In this document: one piece after another, positions 22,416 to 32,000 of the stretch | Position numbering within the stretch: position 1 is the stretch's first letter | Layout of the letters: each line of letters begins with the position of its first letter | Source: Candidatus Absconditicoccus praedator | Lineage (GTDB): Bacteria > Patescibacteriota > Gracilibacteria > Absconditabacterales > Absconditicoccaceae | Direction of reading: 5' to 3' | DNA length: 32,000 nucleotides | NCBI RefSeq assembly: GCF_021057185.1 | Contig: NZ_CP054059.1 | Span: forward strand, 1,020,001 to 1,052,000 | The notes under the pieces: generated by a model | What the model saw: only the letters and a program-made list of their open reading frames with translations | Database searches by the model: none | Told to the model about the DNA's origin: nothing | Program-made: the position numbers and the translations under genes

Positions 22416-23440
22416 TAAAGATCTTTTATTACAACTTTGATGGGTCAAGAATTTTTTGCTTTTTCTTTTGTTATTTCAAAAAGATTTTTTGCATATATTC
22501 AAGGTAGTCTAATGCATCAGTTTGATCTTTTCTCTCAGTCAGTTGTTCAAGCATGCAAAAAGTATGGTGAACGATAACTTCATATTTGTATTGAATAAGC
22601 CATGGGAGCATCCTCATAAGAAAATGAAGTTTTATCTGCTATAAAATTTCAGCTAGTGGTATACACTCATTCTGGTGTTTTAGAGTCTTTTGTTCATACT
22701 GATGTTATTGAAGCAAATTTTAGATTTCATTCTTCAAAATACAAAACAGCATTTTCTCAATTTTTAATTGTAGTGACAACAATTACTGTGTCATTTTCAT
22801 CTATATGTGATTGAAACTTTGTGTATAAACCTAGAAATTCTGAAAGGTTTTTTCATGTATGTTTTAATATTTCTGGATTAATCAAAGGTATATTTAATTT
22901 TTCATAATTAAATATCGATGAATTTTTATCTAAAGGATTAACATCTTTATTTAATTGTTGTAATCAATTATTTTTTCAGTATCAAATATGTTCTCATAAT
23001 CTTCTTCAATGAAGTTCTAAAAGGGGGTCTTGTCGGAGAGAAGTAGTTTCAAATTCAATTACATTTAATATATCTTTTTTTTGTTCTTTATCCAAATTAT
23101 TATATTTTTCATAAATATCTTTAAGTACTATTTCTGACCTTTCATCTGTTTCTTCAGATACTTCAATTTCTTCGTAATCGTCATATTGTTCAGGAGTTTC
23201 AATGTCGTGTTCTCAAGGTATTTGTTTTGTACCTTCTTTATTGTCTTTTGGTTGTTCTTGAGTAGGTGAAACTCCTAGTTCTGAAAATCCAATAACATCT
23301 ATATTATTATCATTTTGAGTTTCTTTTGATGTAGTTCAACATCACGAAGATAAAACTGCAAGTAAAATTGCAGAGTTTAATAATATATTTTTTTTATGTA
23401 TTTTTTTTCATCCAGTATCTTGGTCTAATTTCTTTCTCAT
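22412..23440 (-). CDS. lipoprotein with C-terminal L,D-transpeptidase (YkuD) catalytic domain
   Basis: 342 aa from ATG 23440 to TAA 22414..22412. Signal peptide with lipobox-like AVLSSGC. An acidic linker follows. YkuD signature YFLHAGTTDGEKRSNGCIRLP, with the catalytic Cys codon at 22516..22514 and the preceding Gly as TGA. It overlaps the der stop by 4 nt (convergent). Confidence 0.82.
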
Positions 23441-23588
23441 AGTTTAAGTGTTAGATAAGTTTTTTAAAATTTAGTAATACAAAAAATAACTTCAATTTTA
23501 AGTAAATTTTAAAAATGATAAAAGAATCTTTGATTCTTAATTGGCATAAAGATATATAATGAAAAAAGAAGTTAAGGCAATCTTTTTT

Positions 23589-23618
23589 ATAAAAAAACCA
23601 TCTCTATCAAGATGGTTA
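23589..23618 (-). terminator. rho-independent terminator downstream of ybaB
   Basis: On the minus-strand transcript the sequence is AACCAUCU-UGAUAG-AGAUGGUU followed by UUUUUAU. The arms lie at 23596..23603 and 23610..23617, 10 nt after the ybaB stop. Confidence 0.6.
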
Positions 23619-23627
23619 TGTAAAAAC

Positions 23628-23978
23628 TTATTTTAATCAAGGCATATTTGGCATTCATCCTCATCATCCTCATCACATCATAGATGCTATATCATTTGGA
23701 TCAAATCATAGTGTGTCTTTAGTTTTTTGCATAGCAACCTCTTGAGCTTTATTTTGTCACTTTTCTATAGATGCCTTGATTGCTTCTTCTAAAGATTCTT
23801 TCATATTTGGATCCAAAAGGCTTTCATCTTCTATTTTTACATTCTTAATTTTCATTTCTGCAGTGATATCTATAAGAACTCATCATTCTCTAGCTCTAAT
23901 TACAGTATTTTTAAGTGTTTCTTGTAATTTTTTGTATTTGTCATACATTTGTTTCATATCTCAAAGATTTCCAAACAT
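23628..23978 (-). CDS. ybaB: YbaB/EbfC family nucleoid-associated DNA-binding protein
   Basis: 116 aa: MFGNLGDMKQMYDKYKKLQETLKNTVIRAREGGVLIDITAEMKIKNVKIEDESLLDP...LEEAIKASIEKGQNKAQE... with a terminal GGGGGGGMPNMPGLK tail. This matches the YbaB pattern throughout. Confidence 0.88.
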
Positions 23979-24007
23979 TTTGTTGTTTTATATAATAAAA
24001 ATAAGTA

Positions 24008-25285
24008 TTATTTATCTTTTCAAGAATCTGATTTATTTGATTCTGATTTCTTTTTTGTTGAATTGGCATTTTTTCATTTTTTGTCGGAGTTATTATTTGA
24101 TTCAACTAGTTTTTCATAAACTTTCTTTTCTGCATCAAGTGGAGTTTTCCAGTCTATTTGATCTGATATTCCAAGCTGATTTGAAATTTCCTTTAATATA
24201 AAGAATTTTCATAAACTTTCTTTTGAAGATTTTCTTACATCATTATGTATATTATTTCTTTCTTCTTCTGATATAGAATCCATATATTTTTTAAGTCATT
24301 CTTCTCATCCAAATCTTTTCTCAAGCGATTTCATTCTTGTTTTTACTTCTTCATCTATTATAGTCTTTGGAATCACAACTTCCATACTTTCTTCTGCAGA
24401 TTTTATAAAGTTTTCTATTTGATTTACTAATCAGTTTTCAAATTTTTGTTTTTGAACAATTTCAGTGATTCTTTCTCTTAGTTCATCAAGGTTTTTTACC
24501 TCATTATTGAAAAGTTCTTGTATTTTTTCATCTGTCATTTCAGGAAGTTGAACTTTTTTAATTTCTATCATTTCAAATTTTATATTAGTTGGATTTCATT
24601 CCTTGTGGTAATGAAGTATGTGAGGTAGTTTATCATGCTGATACTCTGAGTTGAAAACTTCTCATTTTTTCTTTCCTACAAATAATTCTTGAAGTATATG
24701 ATGTTCATCCATATCTTCTTTTCATATAAATGCTGTACCATTATCAAGTTTTTGTTCGTTTTCATCTAAAAAGTCAAATTTTACTTTAGCTACTGTATCC
24801 TGTGTCATTTCTTCTACATCATCATATTGCGCATATTGTTTTTGTAGGTTTCATAGAGTTTGTTGTATTTCTTCTTCTGTTACAGAATCATCTACTTTTT
24901 CTATTTTTGCTGCTTTCCAATTATCATTTTTTACTTCTACTTGTGGATATTCATCAAGATTGAATGTGATAGTAGTATTTTTATCATCTGATTTGTCGTT
25001 CACATTGTATATTTGTCAAATAAATTTTATATTTGGATTTTCTTCAATTATTTTTTTAAGTCACTCATTTACAATTTCTTCATATATTCCCATTTTAATG
25101 TATTCTGGATTTGCTTTTTCTTCAACCATTTCCAAAGGTGCATGACCTTTTCTAAATCCTGGTACTTCCATATCTTGTTGAATTTTTTTAAGTATTTTCT
25201 CTTTGTATTTTGAACTATCTTCATTTGGTATAGTTATACTTATCTCATAGTTTGAATTATTTCATTTTGTTAGCTCGTATTTCAT
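24008..25285 (-). CDS. tig: trigger factor
   Basis: 425 aa. N-terminal ribosome-binding signature VPGFRKGHAP. Overall TF architecture with a Lys/Ser-rich tail. ATG 25285..25283, TAA 24010..24008. The track ORFs on + in this span are antisense shadows. Confidence 0.88.
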
Positions 25286-25448
25286 TCTTTTTTTTAGTAT
25301 CTAAATAAACCACTATAATAAGGAAAAATTTTATATTTTCAATAATTTTTTAATTTATAATTAATCTATTTATAGTTGATTTTTTAAAGCAATTTTTTAT
25401 AAATGATGTTATCTGTTTTTTTAATTCATAAAAAAAGTAAAACAAAAA

Positions 25449-27515
25449 ATGAAAAAATGAATAATCTTATTTATTTGATTTATTCTAGTATCTTCTATAT
25501 TGTTATATAATACACAACAGCAAGAATATACGAATCTAGAAGATTGAACTAAAGCAATAGAAAAAATATCAGAAAAAAATGAAATAGACCTTAATAATTT
25601 TTTAAAGTTATATGAAGATAATGAATTTGATAAAGTAAGAGTTATTGACTGAAAAAAACTACACTGACTTATTGAAATAGAAATTATAGAAACTACTCAT
25701 ATAATTGGTTATAAAATTCCTCAAGTAAATTATAAAAAATTCACAACAAAAAAACCTGAAGAAACTACAATTTCGGAATTATGAATTGATCCAAGAAAAG
25801 AAACAAGTATTACGGTAAAATATGATGAAAGATGAGTCTTAGCAAGTGTGTTTTTGGAAACTTTATTGCCATTACTGCTTTTGGTGTTGTTGCTGATTTT
25901 CCTTTTTAGGCTTTTTGCTCCAAAATGAGGTGGTTGATTTCCATTCTCTTCTACACAAGCTTGAAAACTACAACAAAAAGACGATATAAAAGCAAAATTC
26001 AAAGATGTTGCATGAATGGATGAGTCTAAGAATGAATTGGAAGAAATAGTTGACTATTTAAAAAACCCTACTAAATACAAAAAAGTATGAGCAAAAATAC
26101 CAAGATGAGTTCTATTGTATTGACCTCCTGGAAGTGGTAAAACATTGGTAGCAAGGGCTGTTGCCTGAGAAGCAGATGTTCCTTTCTTCTCTTCTTCTTG
26201 AAGTGAGTTTATGGAAATGTTGGTAGGTATGTGAGCAGCCAAAGTTAGAGAGCTTTTCAATAAAGCCAAAAATGCAGCACCTGCTATAATATTTATAGAT
26301 GAAATAGATACTATTGGAAAAAGAAGGTGATCGGGACAAACCTGATGACATCAAGAACAGGAGCAAACACTGAACCAAATACTTACAGAAATGGACTGAT
26401 TCAACAAAGATACAAATGTAATTGTGTTGGCTGCCACTAATAGGCCTGATATGTTAGATAAAGCATTGTTAAGACCTTGAAGGTTTGATAGAAAAGTTTA
26501 TGTATGAACACCTACATTAGAAGAAAGAATTGATATACTGAAAGTTCATACTTGAGACAAAAAATTAAGTAAATCAGTTGATTTAGAAACAATAGCTAGA
26601 AGAACAAGTTGATTTGTATGAGCTGATCTAGAAAATCTTGCCAATGAGGCAGCCATAAAAGTAGCAAGAGAAAGAAGAAAAATCCTTACAAACGAAGATT
26701 TTGAATATGCATTGGAAAAGGTTATTATGTGACCTGAGAAAAAAATTAAAACTATGAAAGAAAAAGAAAAGCAAATTATTACATACCATGAGTTATGACA
26801 TGCAGTTACAGCATATATGCTACCAAATGCAGATCCAGTAGAAAAAATAAGTATAGTTAGTAGATGAATGGCATTGTGAGTGACTTGGATGATGCCACAA
26901 GAAGACACATACTTGAACAGTAAAGCAAAGTTTCTTGATCAACTTGTGACATTACTTTGAGGAAGAGTTGCTGAAGAATTAATCTTTGGTAAAGAAGAAA
27001 TAACTACAGGAGCATCAAATGATTTTGAGAAAGTTACTCAAATTGCTTCTGATATGATTATGAAATACTGAATGGACGATGAACTTTGAACAATTAACTA
27101 CAAACAAAGAGAACAACAAGATATGCAAGTATACAGACCTTATAGTGAAGAAACAACTAAAAAAATTGATGAAAAAATATTTAATATCGTGAATGAGGCT
27201 TACGAAAAAGCCAAGAAAATACTTCAAGACAACATGGATACAATCGAAAGATTGGCAAAACTTCTATATGAAAAAGAATACATATCCAAAGAAGAGTTTG
27301 AGGAAATTATGCAGAAGCCTGAAAAAGCTGATGAAATGTATGAAGATTTTATAGAAAAGCAAAAAGAAAAATCAAAACAAGATAAACAAGTACAAGAAGA
27401 GGAGGAAGAAGACGACGAAGATACAGAAGAAGATAACAAAGAGAAGGAAAAAAACAGGCTGGAAGATATGCTTGATAGGTTCTTGAAAAAATGAAAAGAT
27501 TCAGATAACAAATAA
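25449..27515 (+). CDS. ftsH: ATP-dependent zinc metalloprotease FtsH with long acidic C-terminal extension
   Basis: 688 aa. Two N-terminal TM segments. Walker A GPPGSGKT at 26121..26144 (first Gly TGA). Walker [32 protein letters not shown]. Zinc site HELGHA at 26787..26804 (Gly TGA). Track ORF 27123..27494 is its C-terminal fragment. TAA at 27513. Confidence 0.96.
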
Positions 27516-27519
27516 AAAA

Positions 27520-29016
27520 ATGTCATACAAACTGGTAGTAAAAGATGCTTTTTGGCAGATTCTTTGAAGAGTGCTAAGTGCTGTAGCCTGACTTTTAGTG
27601 ATAAAAATGATAACTCCTTATCTTTGACCTCTTAGATTTGGAGATTATTCTACAATATTGAAATATTTTGCTGTATGGGCAGCATTAGCAGATTTTGGAT
27701 TGTATGTTATTGCATTAAGAAAACTTGGACAAATCAAAGAAGAGTCATTTGAAAAACTTAAAACAGTCTATTGAAAGATAGTAGCTACCAGATTTTTTAT
27801 GATATTTGTTGTTTATACTCTTGCTATATTTGTAGCATATCTTATACCCGCATATACAGAAAATCCATATTTAATATGGTGACTACCTCTTGGTATGATG
27901 TTTAGTGCAAGTTTCATGGTTGCAGGGATGCTTCAGGCGCCTCTTCAGCTCTATTGGAAAATGAAGCATCTTTGTATATGACTTGTGCTATCAAGATCTG
28001 CACAGCTTATCATGTTGGTGACTGTGTTATATATATTGTTTCCATGACAAGAGTTTGATTGAAGTACATTATCAATATTTGTATTTTGTTTGATAATGGC
28101 ATCTGTGGTATTGTCTTGAATTGTTCAGATAGCATATGTACATCGAGTATGAAGAAAAATAATACCATTAAACCTAAAATTTGATAAAGAATTTTCCAAA
28201 GATATAATATTTTCAAATCGACAGTACTGAGTTGCATACTTTTTGAGTAGTTTTCATACTTTGGTAGTGTTAATAATTCTTTCTATCTTTTTTCCAACAG
28301 AACAAAATTTTGCTTATGTATGAGTATGGGCATTAGCTCTTGCTTTGATGGAAATATTGTTGGTAGTGCCTCAAAGTCTTGGGAATGCATTGATTCACAA
28401 AATATCTTCTAAATCAAAAAAGCATATATTAAAAAGCTTTGGATATATGATTATTTTTACTATATGGATAGGTATAGTTTTTCTTATTAATTTTGCTGTT
28501 TTTTGAACACAAATCATATATTTTGTTGGATGAGAAGACTACCTTTGAAATTGATATATATGAGGCGATGTTGTTCTTGCTTTTTTATGAGTAGTCTTAG
28601 TGCTTAGTTTTGTGAAGCAAATTTTTAACTACGTTTTTGTAATAAACAATCTTCAAAATAAGCTTTTAATAATAAATTTTTTATGAGTATCTATCTGACT
28701 GATTGTATGATTACCATTGATACTTCAGTATAATTTAATATGAGGAATAATTACTCAAATATTATTAGAGGTTTTATTTGTATTATGAGCTATATTTATT
28801 GCTTGGAAAAATAAGATTTTGCCAACAATTAATCGAAATTATTATCGAACAGTTATTTTTATATGATTTGTAATATTAATTTTATGATTTTATCTTGAAT
28901 CAATGATTGGTTATGCACATTTTCTAAGTTTTATTATGATGGTTGTTATTCTTAACTCAGTCTTACTAGTTTTATCTTATTTTCCAATAAAAAATATTAT
29001 GAAACAAATTTATTAA
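27520..29016 (+). CDS. MOP-superfamily polysaccharide/lipid-linked oligosaccharide flippase (Wzx/MurJ-like)
   Basis: 498 aa from ATG 27520 (4 nt after the ftsH stop) to TAA 29014. About 12-14 hydrophobic segments. N-terminus KDAFWQILGRVLSAVAGLLVIKMITPYLGPLRFGDYS is typical of Wzx/MurJ-like flippases. The subfamily cannot be assigned by eye. Confidence 0.65.
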
Positions 29017-29548
29017 GTTTTTCTTTTAAGTATTTAACTTTTTTAATATTTGAATCAGGTAGAGAATTTTCTATATATTCTAAATATCAAAAATAAAAAC
29101 TTATTGACTCTTCATCAATATAAGGAATACTTTTTTCAATAAAATTTAAAAGTTCATAATCATTTTTATTGTTTGTTTCTTCGATAAATTCTTTAAAACT
29201 TGGAAGTAATGATAAGTCTATCATGTTTCTTTCTGACTCAGCCATGTTTTGTTGTATTCTTTCTAAAATATTTTTTTCTCTCATCCAGAAATAATCAAAG
29301 AGTTTATAATAAAGTTCATTTGCTTTTTTAGTATTTCATTCTAAGTTTTGGTTTTTTATTATTTTCAGTACTGCTTTAACTGCTAAAGAAATTAGATTTT
29401 TATTGTTTCATACAATATTAAGAATTTCATCAAAATTTATACTTCAGTTTAAATCTAAATTTTGTATTAATTCATCTCTAAATTGGGTTAAAGGTTTTTC
29501 CGTACAAATTCATTCTCATTCTCTTCTTTCTGGAGTGATTAAAGTCAT
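28952..29548 (-). CDS. hypothetical protein (orphan)
   Basis: ATG 29548..29546. It extends track ORF 29087..29284 in both directions through TGA codons. The first TAA in frame is at 28954..28952 (checked codon by codon), so its last 65 nt overlap the convergent flippase gene. No family recognised. Confidence 0.5.
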
Positions 29549-29715
29549 TTTTTATTTTTTATTTTTTAAATTATATATTAAAATGATAAATAAAATTTTA
29601 AAAAATTCAAATTTTAAGGCCAAAAAATATAAAAAACAAGCAATTAATCTTAATTTTTATTTAGTTTTTAAAATATGGCTAACTCAAAGTATAAACTCAT
29701 ATTTTAATTAAATAA

Positions 29716-29744
29716 TTGACAATTTAAGCCTTTTTGATTAATAT
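29716..29744 (+). promoter_or_regulatory. sigma70-like promoter (TTGACA-17 nt-TAATAT) for the giant ORF
   Basis: TTGACA at 29716..29721, a 17-nt spacer, and TAATAT at 29739..29744, 58 nt upstream of ATG 29802. It sits in the longest (about 250 bp) and most AT-rich intergenic region of the window. Confidence 0.5.
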
Positions 29745-29801
29745 ATTGAATACTAAATTAACCATATTTTTTTTATTAGCTATTTACTTTAAATAATATA
29801 G

Positions 29802-32000
29802 ATGTGATTAGGAGTTTTTGAAAATAGACAAACAAACAGTGAAGCTCAAAATATTCTATGAATTGGAGAAGATGAAACTTGAGTTTTGTTAGAAGTTAGA
29901 CAAGAACTAACATCAACCTTACTGGAAGAGAGGTTTATGGGAAGTGAGAAAGAAAAAGTAAAGCATATACTTGAAAAATTAAAAAATATTATAGGTGTTA
30001 AAAAGATGAAACATTCTATTACTCTTAATAGATTTTTGTTTCATATTTCTATGTTTATAAATCCAAAGATACTAAATGACTACAAAAGAAATCTTAATGA
30101 ATTATTTTATATAATATCAAACGATGAAACTGTGTATAACCTTTTTATGAAGCAGTCAAAAATATTACTTAATATATTAAATGAAGAAGTTGGTGATAAT
30201 GAAACTCTTTTTAATAGATCTCAATTTCCAGATAGAAAAAATATGATTTTTTTAGAATGATTATATTATTGAATCCTAAACATTAAAGAAGCTTTAGAAT
30301 ATGTTTTTTATATCAAAAGCACAGATAAGGCTTATTGTGAATACTATGAGCAACACAAAGATAATAAGCTAATTACAAATATAATAAATGAAATAGATTC
30401 TTTTTTAGAAGAAAATGAAGTTAGCTTGGATAAAGATAGTAATGAATATTATGAGCTTATTTTGCATTTTTATATGCTTAGAATACCAAATAAAAGCACA
30501 TCATCTAAATATAAACATATAATACTTAAAAATCTTCAAAAAAAAATTGGTATAAGTTGAATTAATCAAAATTTTTCAGGGCAAAATGTAGGCAGTAAAT
30601 TTCAGAAAAACTTGTACAAAACTTGAAGCAAGATATGAAATAAACAAAGAAGAGATACAAATATTACTAACTTTTTAAATGATTTGAAAATTTTAGGAAG
30701 AAAACAACAATATTATAAAAAACTATCTCAAAATCTAAAACAAAATGATTGTGATGGTCTTTTGATTGAGGAGTTTTTGGATATATTTTTTGATTCATTA
30801 TTTGAAAGCAATGTTGATCTGGATTTTGTGGGTGTTCTTTATATGGCTTTTAAAGAGAAAAAAATATCCAATGATGATAATATCAGGATAAGCTCTATAT
30901 ATAAAAAATATAAACAGTGAAAAATAGAAAACACTTATGATCTTCAAAACTTTTTAGGTTTTCTTTTGTTAGCAAGTAAAAATCCTGAACTTCAGTCTTT
31001 TTCAGAAGAAAACAGGGACTACTTGTTTTCTGAGTACAGTGCTGAATTTATTGAGGAAAATGTTAACTTTTTCTTGAAGTTCAAAGACAATGTATGTTTA
31101 ATAACTCAAATATTATGAGCTGATTTTGTACAAAAAAATATTGAAAATATTCAGTGATTTAAAAATATTTCTTCTTTGTTAAAAAAAGTAGATATAGATT
31201 TAATTGGAAATAAAAATTTGTATTATTTATTGTATGTAATTTTTTGGGAAGAACAAAACCAAGTTAGCAAATATGTTGAAGAATTTAGAGAATACAAACA
31301 AAATTTAATAAGACTTAAATCACAGGAAGATTTATTTTTACAGGAGACACAAAATCCTATAGATATTGGTTTTTGGGAGTTTTTGCAAACTGATCTTGAT
31401 TATGAAAACTTACTTAATCTTGAATTTGCTATACAAGAACTAGTAGAACTAAACAATAAAATTAAAAATTTTTTATCAGATAAGCAATTTTCTAATGAAA
31501 TAACTCATAGAAGAAAAATATATGATATATCAGTAGAAAGGCTTATTTATTATGTATATTTTTGTGAAAATTTTGACTGCAGTGAAATAAGTGAAAGAAC
31601 TCTTCAAAATATATTTTTATTGCAGGAAGATAAATATCATACAGTTGTAAATAATATATTAAGTTTGGCAAACAATACAGCATTAAAAAAGCTAAATCAT
31701 CTAAGTAAAAATGAAATTTTATATATTTTTTATCATAATTTTGCAGATATATATCATTTATTAGATAATGACTTTGAAAATATACAAGATATCCTAAGTT
31801 GATTAAATAAAACTAGCTTTGTGGAAAAATATCAAAAAGAAATAGAAGAAATATTAGATTCTACAAATATAGATGTTACATTAATTTTTGAATATTTTGA
31901 AAATCTAGAAGAGGAAATAGATTGGTTAGAGAGGCTATTAAAATTGTTTAAGTTCTTAAAGAAAAATAATTTATTGCCAATAATAGAAAGTAGTTTTCCA
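29802..32000 (+). CDS. large hypothetical protein, N-terminal 733 codons or more, continues beyond window
   Basis: ATG 29802 is preceded by an in-frame TAG at 29799. Track ORFs 29886..30260, 30684..30920 and 31176..31802 are all in this frame. The gaps between them contain TGA but no TAA/TAG (checked codon by codon), and the frame is still open at 32000. The protein is rich in N/K/E/L/F/Y and looks helical. No motif recognised. Confidence 0.7.

Noticed and set aside
23023-23027. Apparent frameshift or pseudogene in the L,D-transpeptidase gene at a G5 run
   Set aside because: This was my own transcription slip (I dropped one T). Codon-by-codon tracking by coordinate shows one continuous frame from 23440 to 22412.
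23441-23627. Possible small ORF (about 25 aa, ATG near 23560) or tRNA in the ldt-ybaB intergenic region, and tRNA genes in other intergenic gaps
   Set aside because: No cloverleaf-compatible GC-rich segment occurs in any intergenic region. The small ORF overlaps the ybaB terminator hairpin and has no supporting features.
23776-24201. 141-aa standard-code ORF on the plus strand (the second-longest in the track)
   Set aside because: It lies antisense to ybaB and tig, which have strong family signatures under table 25. Its product is low-complexity F/L/I/S-rich, as expected for the mirror frame of an AT-rich gene.
26546-26908. 120-aa minus-strand ORF, plus 25730..26002, 26054..26269, 26112..26378 and 27224..27526
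   Set aside because: All are antisense or off-frame shadows of ftsH, whose plus-strand frame carries Walker A/B, SRH and HExxH motifs.
1-32000. TGA = Trp (table 4, Mycoplasma-like) or TGA = selenocysteine as the explanation for in-frame TGA
   Set aside because: TGA consistently sits where invariant Gly is expected (GGQ, P-loops, HExGH, GNGGG), and conserved Trp positions use TGG. It is far too frequent for Sec, at dozens per gene, with no plausible Cys/Sec active-site context.

Overview
The window is AT-rich, and the standard-code ORF track shows only short fragments. It becomes a dense, coherent gene map only when TGA is read as glycine (translation table 25, used by Gracilibacteria/BD1-5 and Absconditabacteria/SR1). 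In-frame TGA repeatedly falls on invariant Gly positions: the RF1 GGQ motif, the FtsH Walker A and HExxH motifs, the Der and DnaA P-loops, the S41 protease LDLRGNGGG motif and the YkuD SNGCIRL motif. Trp is still encoded by TGG, and every inferred gene ends in TAA or TAG.

I re-derived ORFs by hand under this code and found 29 CDS plus one RNase P RNA.

- Housekeeping genes:
  - a co-directional minus-strand block secG / family-5 SBP / M50 protease / prfA / dnaA / rlmN;
  - tig-ybaB;
  - ftsH followed by a MOP flippase;
  - der, a SufS-like desulfurase, an S41 C-terminal protease, an L,D-transpeptidase lipoprotein, yraN, an RluA-family synthase, an S51 peptidase and a TehA-like transporter.
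- Accessory content:
  - a complete IS4/IS5-type IS (imperfect 27-bp IRs, transposase with about 20 in-frame TGA-Gly codons) flanked by a palindromic 37-38-bp repeat module;
  - an orphan gene pair next to the IS, one carrying pentapeptide repeats;
  - several other orphan genes;
  - at the right edge, a promoter-driven ORF of at least 733 codons with no domain I can recognise, which runs off the window.

I saw no tRNA, rRNA or CRISPR array. All coordinates were derived by manual frame tracking. Start-codon choices and repeat or IS boundaries may be off by a few bases.
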